Shown: positions 1-9,950, numbered from the stretch's first letter. The stretch is DNA of 64,000 nt from Chitinophagales bacterium (GCA_046329815.1 JAXLTY010000003.1:18888-82887), one strand, 5' to 3'. Program-made: numbers and translations. The notes: generated by a model from the sequence alone, not told the origin.

Positions 1-676
1 TATAATACTCTAATTGCTTCCCAAGATTTTCGCCTGATAATGCAGAATATTTCCGATTAAAAACAATTGGATCGGCACAAAATGTGCATCTGAAATAACA
101 TCCGATAGAAGATATGAAATCGAAAGACTTTTTATTTTTTAACTTAAAATATTGTTGTACATCAACTAAATCATAATTTACCATTGGCAATGATTCTAAA
201 GGAACAATAGCACGAGCCGGATTTTTAATAATTTTACCATTTTCTCTATAAGCGATGCCTTTAATATCTTTAAAAGAAAGTTTGTTTTCTATGTGATAAA
301 TCAATTCCTTAAATGTTTCCTCGCCTTGCGCCTGTACAGTAACATCAATAAAATCATGATTTTGAAGTAATTCTTCCATAAATAAAGACGTATGCCATCC
401 GCCCCAAATTACCGGTATATCCGGCGATATATCCTTTATCATTTTTGAAAAATTCAATGCTACATTAATCGGTGTACCGGTTAAGACAGTAACTCCAACG
501 CATAAAATATTTTTCGGTTCTTGTTTAATGATATCTTCATAGTTTTTATTTACTAGACAATCTATAAGTACAACTTCATATTGGCTTTGATCAACAATTG
601 AGCTAAGTGCCAATAATGCTAATGGAAATGAAGGATCCGTTTTGGGATCAAACAGAATGATCTTTTTCTTGTACAT
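1..676 (-). CDS. B12-binding domain-containing radical SAM protein (5' part; gene continues past window start)
   Basis: Own translation of the minus strand from ATG (676-674): MYKKKIILFDPKTDPSFPLALLALSSIVDQSQYEVVLIDC..., open to position 1. Contains the CxxxCxxC motif (GCYFRCTFC, about 75-100). Absent from the ORF track because it runs off the window. Confidence 0.7.
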   Translation of the reverse strand, partial: MYKKKIILFDPKTDPSFPLALLALSSIVDQSQYEVVLIDCLVNKNYEDIIKQEPKNILCVGVTVLTGTPINVALNFSKMIKDISPDIPVIWGGWHTSLFMEELLQNHDFIDVTVQAQGEETFKELIYHIENKLSFKDIKGIAYRENGKIIKNPARAIVPLESLPMVNYDLVDVQQYFKLKNKKSFDFISSIGCYFRCTFCADPIVFNRKYSALSGENLGKQLEYY

Positions 677-818
677 TATCTTAAATGTAAAACATAAAAC
701 TACTAAATAATTTTGAAAGAAATTATTGTACGCTGTTGAATGATAAATTAAAAATTACACCATCCGTTAGCAATAACAGCCGATAGTGTAATTTTGTCGA
801 AAGTAGTTAAAGTATTTA

Positions 819-3419
819 TTATTCATTTCTAAAAACGATCTCACCATCAAAAACATCTGCAATTACAGGTTTGTCTTTTTTCACTTTATCAGCAATAATC
901 ATTTTAGATAATTGATTGACGATTTCTTTGTTAATCAGTCGTTTTAAAGGACGCGCTCCATATTGTGGTTCGTAGCCCTCTTTCGCAAAATGTTCTACCA
1001 GTTCATCGGTGTATTTCAACTGAATATCCATTTGCTGTAATTGCTTTTGTAAATTATGCAATTGTATTTTCACGATCTCGCTGATGTCGTTTTGCAACAA
1101 CGGTTTGAACATAATCACTTCATCGATACGATTGAAAAATTCCGGACGAAGCACTCGTTTGATCGCATCTAAAATCTGCACTTTAGACGTTTCAGTTGCT
1201 GTAAATATATCGTTCTCATCTTTTACATTTTCAAAATTTTGTTGTATCAAATGCGAACCGATATTTGATGTCATGATGATAATCGTGTTTTTAAAATCAA
1301 CGATTCTACCTTTATTATCCGTCAATCTGCCATCTTCTAAAACCTGCAGTAACACATTGAAAATATCAGGATGCGCTTTTTCAATTTCATCTAACAACAC
1401 CACAGAATATGGATGATTGCGCACGGCTTCTGTTAATTGTCCACCTTCATCATAACCAACATATCCTGGTGGCGAACCGATCAAACGCGATACAGAATGT
1501 TTTTCCATGTACTCACTCATATCAATACGCACCATCGCTTTCTCATCGTCGAACAATAATTCTGCTAATGCTTTTGCTAATTCAGTTTTACCAACACCTG
1601 TTGTTCCGATAAATAAAAACGAACCTAACGGTTTTTTCGGATCCTGCAAACCAGCTCGACTTCTGCGAATCGCATCGGAAACTGCAATAATTGCTTCTTC
1701 TTGTCCAACTACGCGTTTATGCAAATAATCTTCTAAATTAATAAGTTTGTCTTTTTCCGCTTGCAACATTCTTTGTAACGGAATGCCTGTCCATTTGGAA
1801 ACGGTTTCTGCGATATTTTCACTGGTCACTTCTTCTTTCATCAAACGTGAACCTTCTTTATTTTCCTGCAATTCTTTTTCGTATTGCAGCAAATTCGATT
1901 CTGCTTCTTTTATTTTTCCATAACGAATTTCCGCTACTTTACCGTAGTCGCCATTGCGCTCTGCCTGTTCTGCTTCGAGCTTATAATTTTCAATTTTTAT
2001 TTTTTCGTTTTGAATGCGATCCACCACTGTTTTTTCACTATGCCATTTCGCTTTGAACGCATTTCTTTTTTCACTTAAATCAGCAATTTGCTTAGAAAGG
2101 TCTTTTACTTTCGCTTCGTCATTTTCGCGTTTGATCGCTTCGCGTTCAATTTCCAACTGACGAATTTTTCTTTCCAGTTCATCCAATTCTTCCGGAACCG
2201 AATCCATTTCCAAACGCAGTTTTGCAGCCGCTTCATCAATTAAATCAATGGCTTTATCAGGCAAAAAACGATTTGTGATATATCGGTTTGATAATTCAGC
2301 TGCAGCAATAATCGCTTCATCTTTTATGGTTACTTTGTGATGGTTTTCATAACGTTCTTTCAAGCCACGTAAAATAGAAATCGTATCTTCCACACTTGGC
2401 TCCTGCACCATTACTTTTTGAAAACGACGTTCGAGTGCTTTATCTTTTTCAAAGAATTTTTGATATTCATTTAATGTCGTTGCACCAATTGCACGCAACT
2501 CGCCGCGAGCCAGTGCAGGTTTCAAAATATTTGCCGCGTCCATAGCACCTTCGCCACCGCCGCCAGCACCTACTAATGTGTGAATTTCATCGATGAACAA
2601 AATAATTTGTCCATCAGAAGCAATTACTTCTTTGATTACTGCTTTCAAACGTTCTTCAAATTCGCCTTTGTATTTTGCGCCTGCGATGAGCGCGCCCATA
2701 TCTAACGAATAGATAATTTTTGATTTCAGATTTTCAGGAATATCGCCTGAAATAATTCTGAACGCGATGCCTTCCGCAATAGCTGTTTTACCAACACCAG
2801 GTTCACCAACCAAGATCGGATTGTTTTTCGTTCTGCGCGATAAAATATGCAGCACTCGGCGAATTTCTTCATCGCGACCAATCACAGGATCGAGTTTATT
2901 AGATTGTGCCAGTTGATTTAAATTCTTAGCATATTTATCTAACGAATTGTAGGTTGTATCTGCACTTGGATTGTTCACGGTTTGTCCTTTTCTAAGTTCT
3001 TTAATGGCTTGTTTTAAATTAACTTCATTAATGTTATTTTGTTTCAGAATTTTTGCCGTTTCATCATTTGTGTTTAATAATGCCAGCAACAAATGCTCAA
3101 TCGAAACATACTCGTCGTTAAACTCTTTTAAATAAGAATTTGCTTTCAATAAAACCTGTGCTAAATTTTGCGATGGATATTTCATGGCATCGCCGGAAAC
3201 AGTTGCTTGCTTTTTCAACAAATCATCGACAGTGTTTTCGATAACATTGATATTAGCATTTAGTTTTTTAAATAAAAAAGGTATAACATCCTGATCAGTT
3301 TCCAAGATTGCTTTCAGTAAATGTAATGTATCTAAAGACGAATGCTTCAGATCGAAAGCCAACTGCTGCGCTTGCGCAATGGCTTCCTGTGATTTAATAG
3401 TATAATTATTCGGATTCAT
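819..3419 (-). CDS. clpB: ATP-dependent chaperone ClpB (Hsp100 disaggregase)
   Basis: 866 aa. Has a Clp N-domain, two AAA+ modules with Walker A motifs ([16 protein letters not shown]), a long coiled-coil middle domain and the GARPLKR motif. Confidence 0.97.
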   Translation of the reverse strand: MNPNNYTIKSQEAIAQAQQLAFDLKHSSLDTLHLLKAILETDQDVIPFLFKKLNANINVIENTVDDLLKKQATVSGDAMKYPSQNLAQVLLKANSYLKEFNDEYVSIEHLLLALLNTNDETAKILKQNNINEVNLKQAIKELRKGQTVNNPSADTTYNSLDKYAKNLNQLAQSNKLDPVIGRDEEIRRVLHILSRRTKNNPILVGEPGVGKTAIAEGIAFRIISGDIPENLKSKIIYSLDMGALIAGAKYKGEFEERLKAVIKEVIASDGQIILFIDEIHTLVGAGGGGEGAMDAANILKPALARGELRAIGATTLNEYQKFFEKDKALERRFQKVMVQEPSVEDTISILRGLKERYENHHKVTIKDEAIIAAAELSNRYITNRFLPDKAIDLIDEAAAKLRLEMDSVPEELDELERKIRQLEIEREAIKRENDEAKVKDLSKQIADLSEKRNAFKAKWHSEKTVVDRIQNEKIKIENYKLEAEQAERNGDYGKVAEIRYGKIKEAESNLLQYEKELQENKEGSRLMKEEVTSENIAETVSKWTGIPLQRMLQAEKDKLINLEDYLHKRVVGQEEAIIAVSDAIRRSRAGLQDPKKPLGSFLFIGTTGVGKTELAKALAELLFDDEKAMVRIDMSEYMEKHSVSRLIGSPPGYVGYDEGGQLTEAVRNHPYSVVLLDEIEKAHPDIFNVLLQVLEDGRLTDNKGRIVDFKNTIIIMTSNIGSHLIQQNFENVKDENDIFTATETSKVQILDAIKRVLRPEFFNRIDEVIMFKPLLQNDISEIVKIQLHNLQKQLQQMDIQLKYTDELVEHFAKEGYEPQYGARPLKRLINKEIVNQLSKMIIADKVKKDKPVIADVFDGEIVFRNE

Positions 3420-3473
3420 TTTAATAGTATTTAGTATTAAGTTGTAAGTATGCAGTATTTATTATGCACTTTA

Positions 3474-3504
3474 CATTTAACAACTAACATGTCAAAAAGT
3501 ATGC
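3474..3504 (-). promoter_or_regulatory. Conserved motif upstream of clpB, shared with dnaK (CATACTTTTT ... TTAGTTGT ... TAAAT)
   Basis: The minus-strand reading 'gcatactttttgacatgttagttgttaaatg' lies about 55 nt upstream of the clpB ATG. The same blocks occur upstream of dnaK at 9916-9950. Confidence 0.3.
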
Positions 3505-3620
3505 GAATGAATGAAAAGAAACCAAACTATATAAAATCTGTAATTATTGCAGAAAAAAGCGAATCAATCTGACGAAAATGCAGAAACAATTTGAAAAACA
3601 TGACAAAATTACTTATTGAT

Positions 3621-3980
3621 TTAATCGACAATAAAATTTTCTACTGTTGCAACGATAAAAGAAAATGCAAAACTGTATATCAACGCAGCAATCCAGCCGC
3701 CAACCTGGAAACCATCTAACAATTTATCGGTTAAGATAACCATTGCAGCGCTGATTACTAAAGAGAACAATCCAAGTGTTAGGCATGAAATCGGTAAAGA
3801 AATAAAATTCAATATTGGTTTCAAAAATGAATTTAAAACACTCAGTACGATGGCTACTTTTGCAGCGTCCAAAACGCTATTCACCATTGGATTGGAAAAA
3901 CCAGACCACAATTGCGGTAAGATATATGATAATGCAATTACGGTTGCAATTTTGATCAGGAAACGGATAATGAATTTCAT
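3621..3980 (-). CDS. Small 4-TM membrane protein, phage holin family (Phage_holin_4_2-like)
   Basis: 119 aa and almost entirely hydrophobic helices. The N-terminus MKFIIRFLIKIATVIALSYILP resembles proteins usually annotated 'phage holin family protein'. No other phage genes are nearby. Confidence 0.55.
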   Translation of the reverse strand: MKFIIRFLIKIATVIALSYILPQLWSGFSNPMVNSVLDAAKVAIVLSVLNSFLKPILNFISLPISCLTLGLFSLVISAAMVILTDKLLDGFQVGGWIAALIYSFAFSFIVATVENFIVD

Positions 3981-4067
3981 AATGATTTATTTTAGTACAA
4001 AACTATATCTTTTATTGCACATTGTCAGTATAAACATCAATATTATTGAGATTGGTAGTTATACGTT

Positions 4068-5399
4068 TCATTTTATAATCCAGTTCAATTTATAATCGAT
4101 AATTTGTCCTCTCACCGCTACAGCGTCATCATATTTATTGGCTGTATGTACTTTGCCAATATCATCATCAGAAAGTTTAACAAATATTTCTCCTATATAA
4201 TCATTAAATAGGATATCTAAATCTACTAAATGAATATTTATGGCATCGCCTTTACTTATTGTATATGAAATATTTTTAGTCGACGAACTATTGGTAAATG
4301 TATAATTATCATAGCTTTTTTTATTCCAGATTAAAGTATTTCCGGAAAAAACAAGCACTTCAATATCCGGAGACGGTTTATCAAGGTCCCAAAAACCATC
4401 TTTAAAATATTTATTTCCAACTACTATATATTCTATACCAAGAGAAACGGTTTGTGTGGCTGGTTTATTAAAGTTAATGTTTTGTTTCTCTATTTTCTGA
4501 TGAAATTTATTTGCTTCACTTTTTTGACATATTACTTCAAATTTTGCTGTAATGACATGTTTTCCTTCTGATAATTTTAATGCCGCGTAAGGTATAAATG
4601 TCGGTTTTAGTTTATCTCTTGGATAAAATCGAGATATTGGTTCAATGATTCTAATATTTCCATATTCGTTCGTAATATCTTTATAATTCGGAATTGCTTT
4701 TATTGGTTTATTATTTTCAAAAAGTGTTACATAAACATAGTAGGATTCCTTGTAAAACTGATCATTAATATAACTATACTGACCTTCATTTTCATTGTTA
4801 TTATACTCATATGAAATCTCAATCCCATTAGATGCTTCATAATTAACATCCGTTCGAATTTCAATATCTCTGAATAGCGTCAATTGTTTTGCAGGTGCAT
4901 CAAGCAGCTTAAGCGTCTTAGGTTGATTGATAATAATATTGTTTAGCTCAAAAGATTGGTAAACTTTATTCTTAGCATATCCATATTTATACAATTTAAA
5001 TCTGGCAGTAAGATTGTGTTCTCCTTCAGGTAAGTCCAATGTTTTAAGCTGAATAAGAATATCTTGAGTGGAGTATCTTAAATCAAAAGAAGAATTAATT
5101 TTTTGATAATTACCTGTTTTATAGTTAGCCAAACTACTATATCCTGCAGCAGTCTTTACCGGCACACCATTTTCATATAATGTAATAGCCATCGTAAGAT
5201 AAGATTCCTTTTCACTAATTTCTGATGCTGCTATCGCAGGAAAGTCTAATACAAACCTAAACAACAGATTTTTTTCATTATTCAAAGGATCGATGTAGTT
5301 TGTATTTTTTGCAACTGAATTAATAATATGTATTTCCTGCGCAAATGAAACAGAAAAGCAACATAGCAAAATGATGAATAAAAAAGTAGTTTTTTTCAT
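4068..5399 (-). CDS. Secreted hypothetical protein with two tandem ~140-aa repeat domains and a C-terminal C2-like domain
   Basis: 443 aa with a signal peptide (MKKTTFLFIILLCCFSVSFAQ). The internal duplication is visible (…LPEGEHNLTARFKLY… vs …LSEGKHVITAKFEVI…). The C-terminus shows a 'DKPSPDIEVLVF…INIHLVDLDILFNDYIGE' pattern. Confidence 0.6.
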   Translation of the reverse strand: MKKTTFLFIILLCCFSVSFAQEIHIINSVAKNTNYIDPLNNEKNLLFRFVLDFPAIAASEISEKESYLTMAITLYENGVPVKTAAGYSSLANYKTGNYQKINSSFDLRYSTQDILIQLKTLDLPEGEHNLTARFKLYKYGYAKNKVYQSFELNNIIINQPKTLKLLDAPAKQLTLFRDIEIRTDVNYEASNGIEISYEYNNNENEGQYSYINDQFYKESYYVYVTLFENNKPIKAIPNYKDITNEYGNIRIIEPISRFYPRDKLKPTFIPYAALKLSEGKHVITAKFEVICQKSEANKFHQKIEKQNINFNKPATQTVSLGIEYIVVGNKYFKDGFWDLDKPSPDIEVLVFSGNTLIWNKKSYDNYTFTNSSSTKNISYTISKGDAINIHLVDLDILFNDYIGEIFVKLSDDDIGKVHTANKYDDAVAVRGQIIDYKLNWIIK

Positions 5400-5441
5400 G
5401 GCTTTATTTTTTACTGTTTAAAATGTTACATGCTGTTATTA

Positions 5442-6044
5442 TTAATCATTCTTTATTTCCATTAATTTCAATGTCAGCATTTCCAATAGTTCTGGTTTTT
5501 CACAGTTATTTTCAACAGGATATTGAAAAGTGAATCTATATTTCTCCAGGTTTTTTAAAATGACCGTTGCTTCATAATTGTAAATCGCGATCTTTACATT
5601 TACGGTTCCGCTGTAGCTGGTTCTTTTGTAATCTTTTATTTGCACCAACTTGACATCTAAAATATTATGTAGTCCGATGTCAAACTGTTTATTTTTATCT
5701 TTAAAAAGCATCTGAATACTTTCTCCTAAAAAAGGAATAAATGAAAGCACCTGGTATTTATATGGAAAAATCACCAGCCTGTTGTTAGTAAGATATAATA
5801 CACTTCTGATCGCGATGGTTTTGTCTTTCGCAGCATAGTAAACCACATCGCTTGCCAGATTTACTTCGTCCTGCTGCATATCAAAAGTGAATTTCTTTTC
5901 CAGTTTTCCAACAAAGACCAATACGATGATCGTAATCAGCGGCAAGCCGAAAAGAAAGAGCAACACCGGCCAGGCATCTTCTATGATGTTCTCCATACTT
6001 TGCCATACCGAGCGTAATAAAACAAAAGCAAGTTCCATGTACAT
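5442..6044 (-). CDS. Membrane protein with PH/GRAM-like domain
   Basis: 200 aa. An N-terminal TM segment (WPVLLFLFGLPLITIIVLVFV) is followed by 'IRSVLYLTNNRLVIFPYKY', which is typical of bacterial PH/GRAM folds. It is in an operon-like arrangement with its neighbours. Confidence 0.5.
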   Translation of the reverse strand: MYMELAFVLLRSVWQSMENIIEDAWPVLLFLFGLPLITIIVLVFVGKLEKKFTFDMQQDEVNLASDVVYYAAKDKTIAIRSVLYLTNNRLVIFPYKYQVLSFIPFLGESIQMLFKDKNKQFDIGLHNILDVKLVQIKDYKRTSYSGTVNVKIAIYNYEATVILKNLEKYRFTFQYPVENNCEKPELLEMLTLKLMEIKND

Positions 6045-6047
6045 ATT

Positions 6048-6800
6048 TTAGTAATAATAATATTTTATTACATCTTTATTTTGTGGGACTTTATCTGTCC
6101 GTATCAATTCTTTTAGTCTTCCCTTTTCATCGTAAGTATAATTGAAGTTGGCTTCCAACATCGGATTATTGATATCGTATTGTGGTATTTCTAAATCTCC
6201 ATACATATTAGATGCATAATCAATAATTATTTTGGTTTTCAATAAATTTGCACTTGAAATACTTAAATAAGGTTGACCATAATTTGAATTAGTCAACGAA
6301 TTTGGTTTGTCCATATATAAATAGAGCGTTGTAGTATTTTCATATATCATTTTATCATTACTCCAAAAGGTGTCGTATTTATATTCTTTAATTTTATTGC
6401 CATTTTGATATTCATATAATACTACTTGTGTTGTTTTATCATGCGTGTAATATTTTTTCTTTAGCTGTTTATTTTCATATTGATAGAATTCATCATACAT
6501 AATACCATCTTCAAGTGTAGTTATTTTATACGCTAATCCGTTTTTATTTAAAACATATATTTTTTGCAAGACGGAATCAATTAAATCTACTTTGTATTGC
6601 AACACTGAATCCTTAAGATATACATAGCTATAATAATATGAAAATTTGCTGTTTTTTTGAGTAGCAAGATAACCTTTATCGTTGTAGCTGTAAAATATAG
6701 TTTGATCATTTTCCACCGTCATTCTTACTTTGTCATTATTAACCTGTGCGTGGCTCAAGTTAAATCCAAATAGCAATACTATTAACCAGCTATATTTCAT
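6048..6800 (-). CDS. Secreted hypothetical protein with YD-repeat-like motifs
   Basis: The track ORF is 6048..6857. The start at M20 (MKYSWLIVLLFGFNLSHAQ) gives a clean signal peptide. The protein is Tyr-rich and carries 'NYTYDEKGRLKELI' (YD-repeat consensus YxYDxxGRL). Confidence 0.55.
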   Translation of the reverse strand: MKYSWLIVLLFGFNLSHAQVNNDKVRMTVENDQTIFYSYNDKGYLATQKNSKFSYYYSYVYLKDSVLQYKVDLIDSVLQKIYVLNKNGLAYKITTLEDGIMYDEFYQYENKQLKKKYYTHDKTTQVVLYEYQNGNKIKEYKYDTFWSNDKMIYENTTTLYLYMDKPNSLTNSNYGQPYLSISSANLLKTKIIIDYASNMYGDLEIPQYDINNPMLEANFNYTYDEKGRLKELIRTDKVPQNKDVIKYYYY

Positions 6801-6886
6801 GATGCAGTTTTGTTTTTTAGTATTTTTAATATGTCTATTATTTTTCATATAAATCATTCAAATTAAGTATCAAGATTTGGGTTAAG

Positions 6887-7489
6887 TTAACTTTTTCTGC
6901 CTGCTTCAATGGCATATCCTTCTGTTTGCTCGTATGCCGCATCTATGATGTTTATAGTAGCAGCAAAGCCACCTCCTGTAATTATATTATACTTTATGCG
7001 CAGCCATCCATAGCATGACTTACCATTTACCTGCAGTTTTATCGCCAGATATAGATCTTGATTCATGCCTAAATGATCATCACGAAAATATATAAAACCA
7101 TATTTTTGCCAATATTTTACTGTAGAATTTATTGTATCACCGGCCTGATAATCATATATGAGATAAGAAATAGATTGCGGAATACTATTATTAAAACCAA
7201 CATGCAGTTCATTCTCATTTAATGCATTGATGGCTATGCTGACATCATTATTACTCTTAATATAAGTATATGAAAAATCATTGGTTCCATCATTGTCTGC
7301 GTCAAAGTATTGAATATTCGTCTGGTTTGTGGCACCAAATACAGAGATTTTATCAATGTTGGAGTATTTGATATTTGGCGAAGCCGGCGGCACATTTTTA
7401 TTTACTGCCGGCGTTATGTTTTCTTCATCTTTGCAAGCAATTATTCCAATGCTCATCACTGAAATAATCAAATAAATTGCTTTTCTCAT
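6887..7489 (-). CDS. Lipoprotein, member 1 of a 4-copy paralog family (DxDxDG + YGWLR motifs)
   Basis: 200 aa with a lipobox (GIIAC), 'DADNDGTNDF' and the C-terminus 'YGWLRIKYNIITGGGFAATINIIDAAYEQTEGYAIEAGRKS'. Confidence 0.7.
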   Translation of the reverse strand: MRKAIYLIISVMSIGIIACKDEENITPAVNKNVPPASPNIKYSNIDKISVFGATNQTNIQYFDADNDGTNDFSYTYIKSNNDVSIAINALNENELHVGFNNSIPQSISYLIYDYQAGDTINSTVKYWQKYGFIYFRDDHLGMNQDLYLAIKLQVNGKSCYGWLRIKYNIITGGGFAATINIIDAAYEQTEGYAIEAGRKS

Positions 7490-7748
7490 TGTTATTATTT
7501 CTTGTATTTATAAATCTACCTTTTAATCATAAAATATTTCGATTAAATATCTAATACAAAGTTCTACTTTATTTACATCAGATTCTTCCTCATAAACCAC
7601 CAATTTAAAAACTCATGGTTTTCCCTGATTATACTTCCACTTTATATCAATGAAAACCCTGAAAAAACACAATCATGGTTTTCCTGCTGTTTTAGCTGTT
7701 GAACCTGATGCAATTTTACATCATTAATAACAACTAAAACAATAAAAA

Positions 7749-8381
7749 ATGAATACTTTAATTTATAAAAAGAAAATCAATATTCTTTCTTTTCGACGAA
7801 AAGTTTTTTTGAATATTTGTATCGCTTTATTTATGGCAACTTTAGCCGCTTGCGAAAAAGTACAGAACAATAATTTAGTGCTTGCACCAAAAAATGAATA
7901 CCATCAGGTAAACAAAACTATTTCCGTTACCGATTTCGGCGATGGCAAAAAGGATTCTTTAGATTTAGATGAAGACGGAAAAACAGATATGTATTTCTTA
8001 TTAGCCGGTTCCGAAACAGAGAATTTCAGTAAAATTAGCACTACAGGTCAAACCTATGTTTCAGGAAATGCGTTTGTAATGTATGGCGGTAAGTTTTTCC
8101 CTGTAGTACAAACATTTATTTTAAATGAAAAAATAACTGATTCTACATCTGTTAGTATGGAAAAAATGCTGCACAAAAATGCGCAAATTGATTCTGCAGG
8201 TGCCAGCGAACATCTAGGCGCCGGTATCGGTGGTCGAGGTAATGTTTATCTCAATTTTATTATCAACAAAAAAATCGGCTGGATACGGTTGCATCTATCA
8301 CAAAATAATAAAGAATTGGTCATTGTTGATTATGCGTATTCAAAATTTGAAAACCAACCGGTTTACGCAGGACAGCACTAA
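7749..8381 (+). CDS. Lipoprotein, divergent member of the same paralog family
   Basis: 210 aa with a lipobox (LAAC), 'DLDEDGKTDM' and the C-terminus 'IGWIRLHLSQNNKELVIVDYAYSKFENQPVYAGQ'. Confidence 0.65.
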   Translation: MNTLIYKKKINILSFRRKVFLNICIALFMATLAACEKVQNNNLVLAPKNEYHQVNKTISVTDFGDGKKDSLDLDEDGKTDMYFLLAGSETENFSKISTTGQTYVSGNAFVMYGGKFFPVVQTFILNEKITDSTSVSMEKMLHKNAQIDSAGASEHLGAGIGGRGNVYLNFIINKKIGWIRLHLSQNNKELVIVDYAYSKFENQPVYAGQH

Positions 8382-8486
8382 CCTAAGGAAAACCCTGATT
8401 TTTTTCTTTTGTGGTTTGCCTTGAAGATATTGAATCCAGATCATTGCAACTTTACAATATCAAATAACAACTAAAAAATAAATAAA

Positions 8487-9167
8487 ATGAACACAACAAC
8501 AAGTAAAACAAACAACATTCTTTCTTTTCAGAGAAAAGTTTTTTTTAGCGCTATCATTGCATTATTTGCATTAACTGCAGTAGCTTGTAAAAAAGAAGAA
8601 AGCGTTACGCCAACACCAGCTATAAACAAAAATCTGCCGCCGGCAACACCAAATATCAAACATGTAGCACTGAATCAATTGGCTGCCATTGGGGCTGCAG
8701 AAGGGCAAAACACCACTAAGATCGATATAGATAATGATGGTACAGTTGATTTTTCAGCAACGGCACAAAGAACATCCAATACATTAAATGTATACATCAG
8801 AGGTTTAAATCAGAATAAAGTTACCTCACGCACGTTTGCTTTTAATCCTTTTGTTTCCATGTTGTATGAAATGCCTGATTCTAATATAATTGCGGATAGT
8901 TTATCAGCCGGAAACTGGATAAATATCGCCAGTGCATATTACCAGGAAACACAGACTAATGGAAGTTACCAATATTCTTATTTACATTTTGATACAGAAA
9001 TACTGACAGGAATCAGATTCATATCTGATGGAAAAACGTTCTATGGTTGGTTACGCTTCAAATATACTATTTTGAGTGGTACAGGCAGTGGTGCGATATT
9101 AAACATTATCGATACTGCTTATGAACAGACAGAAGGTTTTGCTATAGAAGTTGGCAGAAAAAATTAA
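8487..9167 (+). CDS. Lipoprotein, paralog family member
   Basis: 226 aa with a lipobox (AVAC), 'DIDNDGTVDF' and the C-terminus 'YGWLRFKYTILSGTGSGAILNIIDTAYEQTEGFAIEVGRKN'. This C-terminus is nearly identical to that of 6887..7489. Confidence 0.7.
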   Translation: MNTTTSKTNNILSFQRKVFFSAIIALFALTAVACKKEESVTPTPAINKNLPPATPNIKHVALNQLAAIGAAEGQNTTKIDIDNDGTVDFSATAQRTSNTLNVYIRGLNQNKVTSRTFAFNPFVSMLYEMPDSNIIADSLSAGNWINIASAYYQETQTNGSYQYSYLHFDTEILTGIRFISDGKTFYGWLRFKYTILSGTGSGAILNIIDTAYEQTEGFAIEVGRKN

Positions 9168-9188
9168 TCACTATAAAAAATAAATAAA

Positions 9189-9842
9189 ATGAAAACAATA
9201 AATACTAAAAACAAAACCATCGTTTTTTCTTTCCATAAAAAAGTTTTTTTAAACATGGTAATTGCATTTCTAACTTTGGCAGGCATTGCTTGTAAAAAAG
9301 AAGATACCGTTATACCGGCACCAATTACTGAAGACAAAGAATACGCAGAACATCCATCATGGACTGGTCAAAATATTAACAGAGATATCCGAAACACTAT
9401 CACAGGTAATTCTACCTATCCGGTTGACATCGACAATGACGGCAATAATGATTTTGAGCTACAATTCTATATTCCTGTAGATGGCACATATAGTATAGCG
9501 ATTGTTGGCTTTGGTAACAACGAGGTAGTATGTGATGAAAACAACATTATCCGATCATTTACATTGGCAGAACTAATTAACAGCAAAAGTAAAACATGGA
9601 AAAAAGGTGCCAATCTGATTGTAAGAACCGATGCTTCTGTTCTTCAACCGCAAGACAAAGATGCAGATGGATATATTTTAGCCGGTATTCATTTCAAAAA
9701 AGACAATAAAATGCACTACGGTTGGTTGCGTTTTGGAATTCTTTTGTCACGCGGCTTTATACACGCTGTTTATCTTCAGGATTTTGTTTATGAAAAAGCA
9801 GAAAACAAAGCTATTGATGCCGGACGCCGAAACGACGTGTAA
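9189..9842 (+). CDS. Lipoprotein, paralog family member
   Basis: 217 aa with a lipobox (GIAC), 'DIDNDGNNDF' and 'YGWLRFGILLSRGF…YEKAENKAIDAGRRN'. Confidence 0.7.
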   Translation: MKTINTKNKTIVFSFHKKVFLNMVIAFLTLAGIACKKEDTVIPAPITEDKEYAEHPSWTGQNINRDIRNTITGNSTYPVDIDNDGNNDFELQFYIPVDGTYSIAIVGFGNNEVVCDENNIIRSFTLAELINSKSKTWKKGANLIVRTDASVLQPQDKDADGYILAGIHFKKDNKMHYGWLRFGILLSRGFIHAVYLQDFVYEKAENKAIDAGRRNDV

Positions 9843-9876
9843 TATATTCATTTATAAATAGTTAAAATCGATTCAA

Positions 9877-9906
9877 ATCGCAGGCAGTTTTGCCTGCGAT
9901 TTTTTG
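9877..9906 (+). terminator. Rho-independent terminator
   Basis: Perfect 10-bp stem atcgcaggca/tgcctgcgat with loop gttt, followed by a T-run. Confidence 0.8.
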
Positions 9907-9915
9907 TCATTTTGT

Positions 9916-9950
9916 CATACTTTTTCCGTTGGCACATTAGTTGTCTAAAT
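9916..9950 (+). promoter_or_regulatory. Conserved motif upstream of dnaK, shared with clpB
   Basis: 'catactttttccgttggcacattagttgtctaaat' ends 34 nt before the dnaK ATG. It shares the CATACTTTTT, TTAGTTGT and TAAAT blocks with the clpB upstream region. It is preceded by a direct repeat, ttttgtcat x2. Confidence 0.3.

Noticed and set aside
1084-2078. Multiple short plus-strand ORFs inside clpB. Analogous antisense ORFs lie inside dnaK, the histidine kinase, aguA/aguB, the TBDR, DUF1800, ACAD and the kyn genes.
   Set aside because: They are fully nested antisense or off-frame within long, confidently identified genes. Their composition is low-complexity and they lack independent signals.
3621-3980. 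A 'phage holin family' gene as evidence of a prophage.
   Set aside because: It is an isolated small membrane gene between clpB and secreted-protein genes. There are no capsid, tail, terminase, integrase or lysin genes nearby, and this family is commonly chromosomal.
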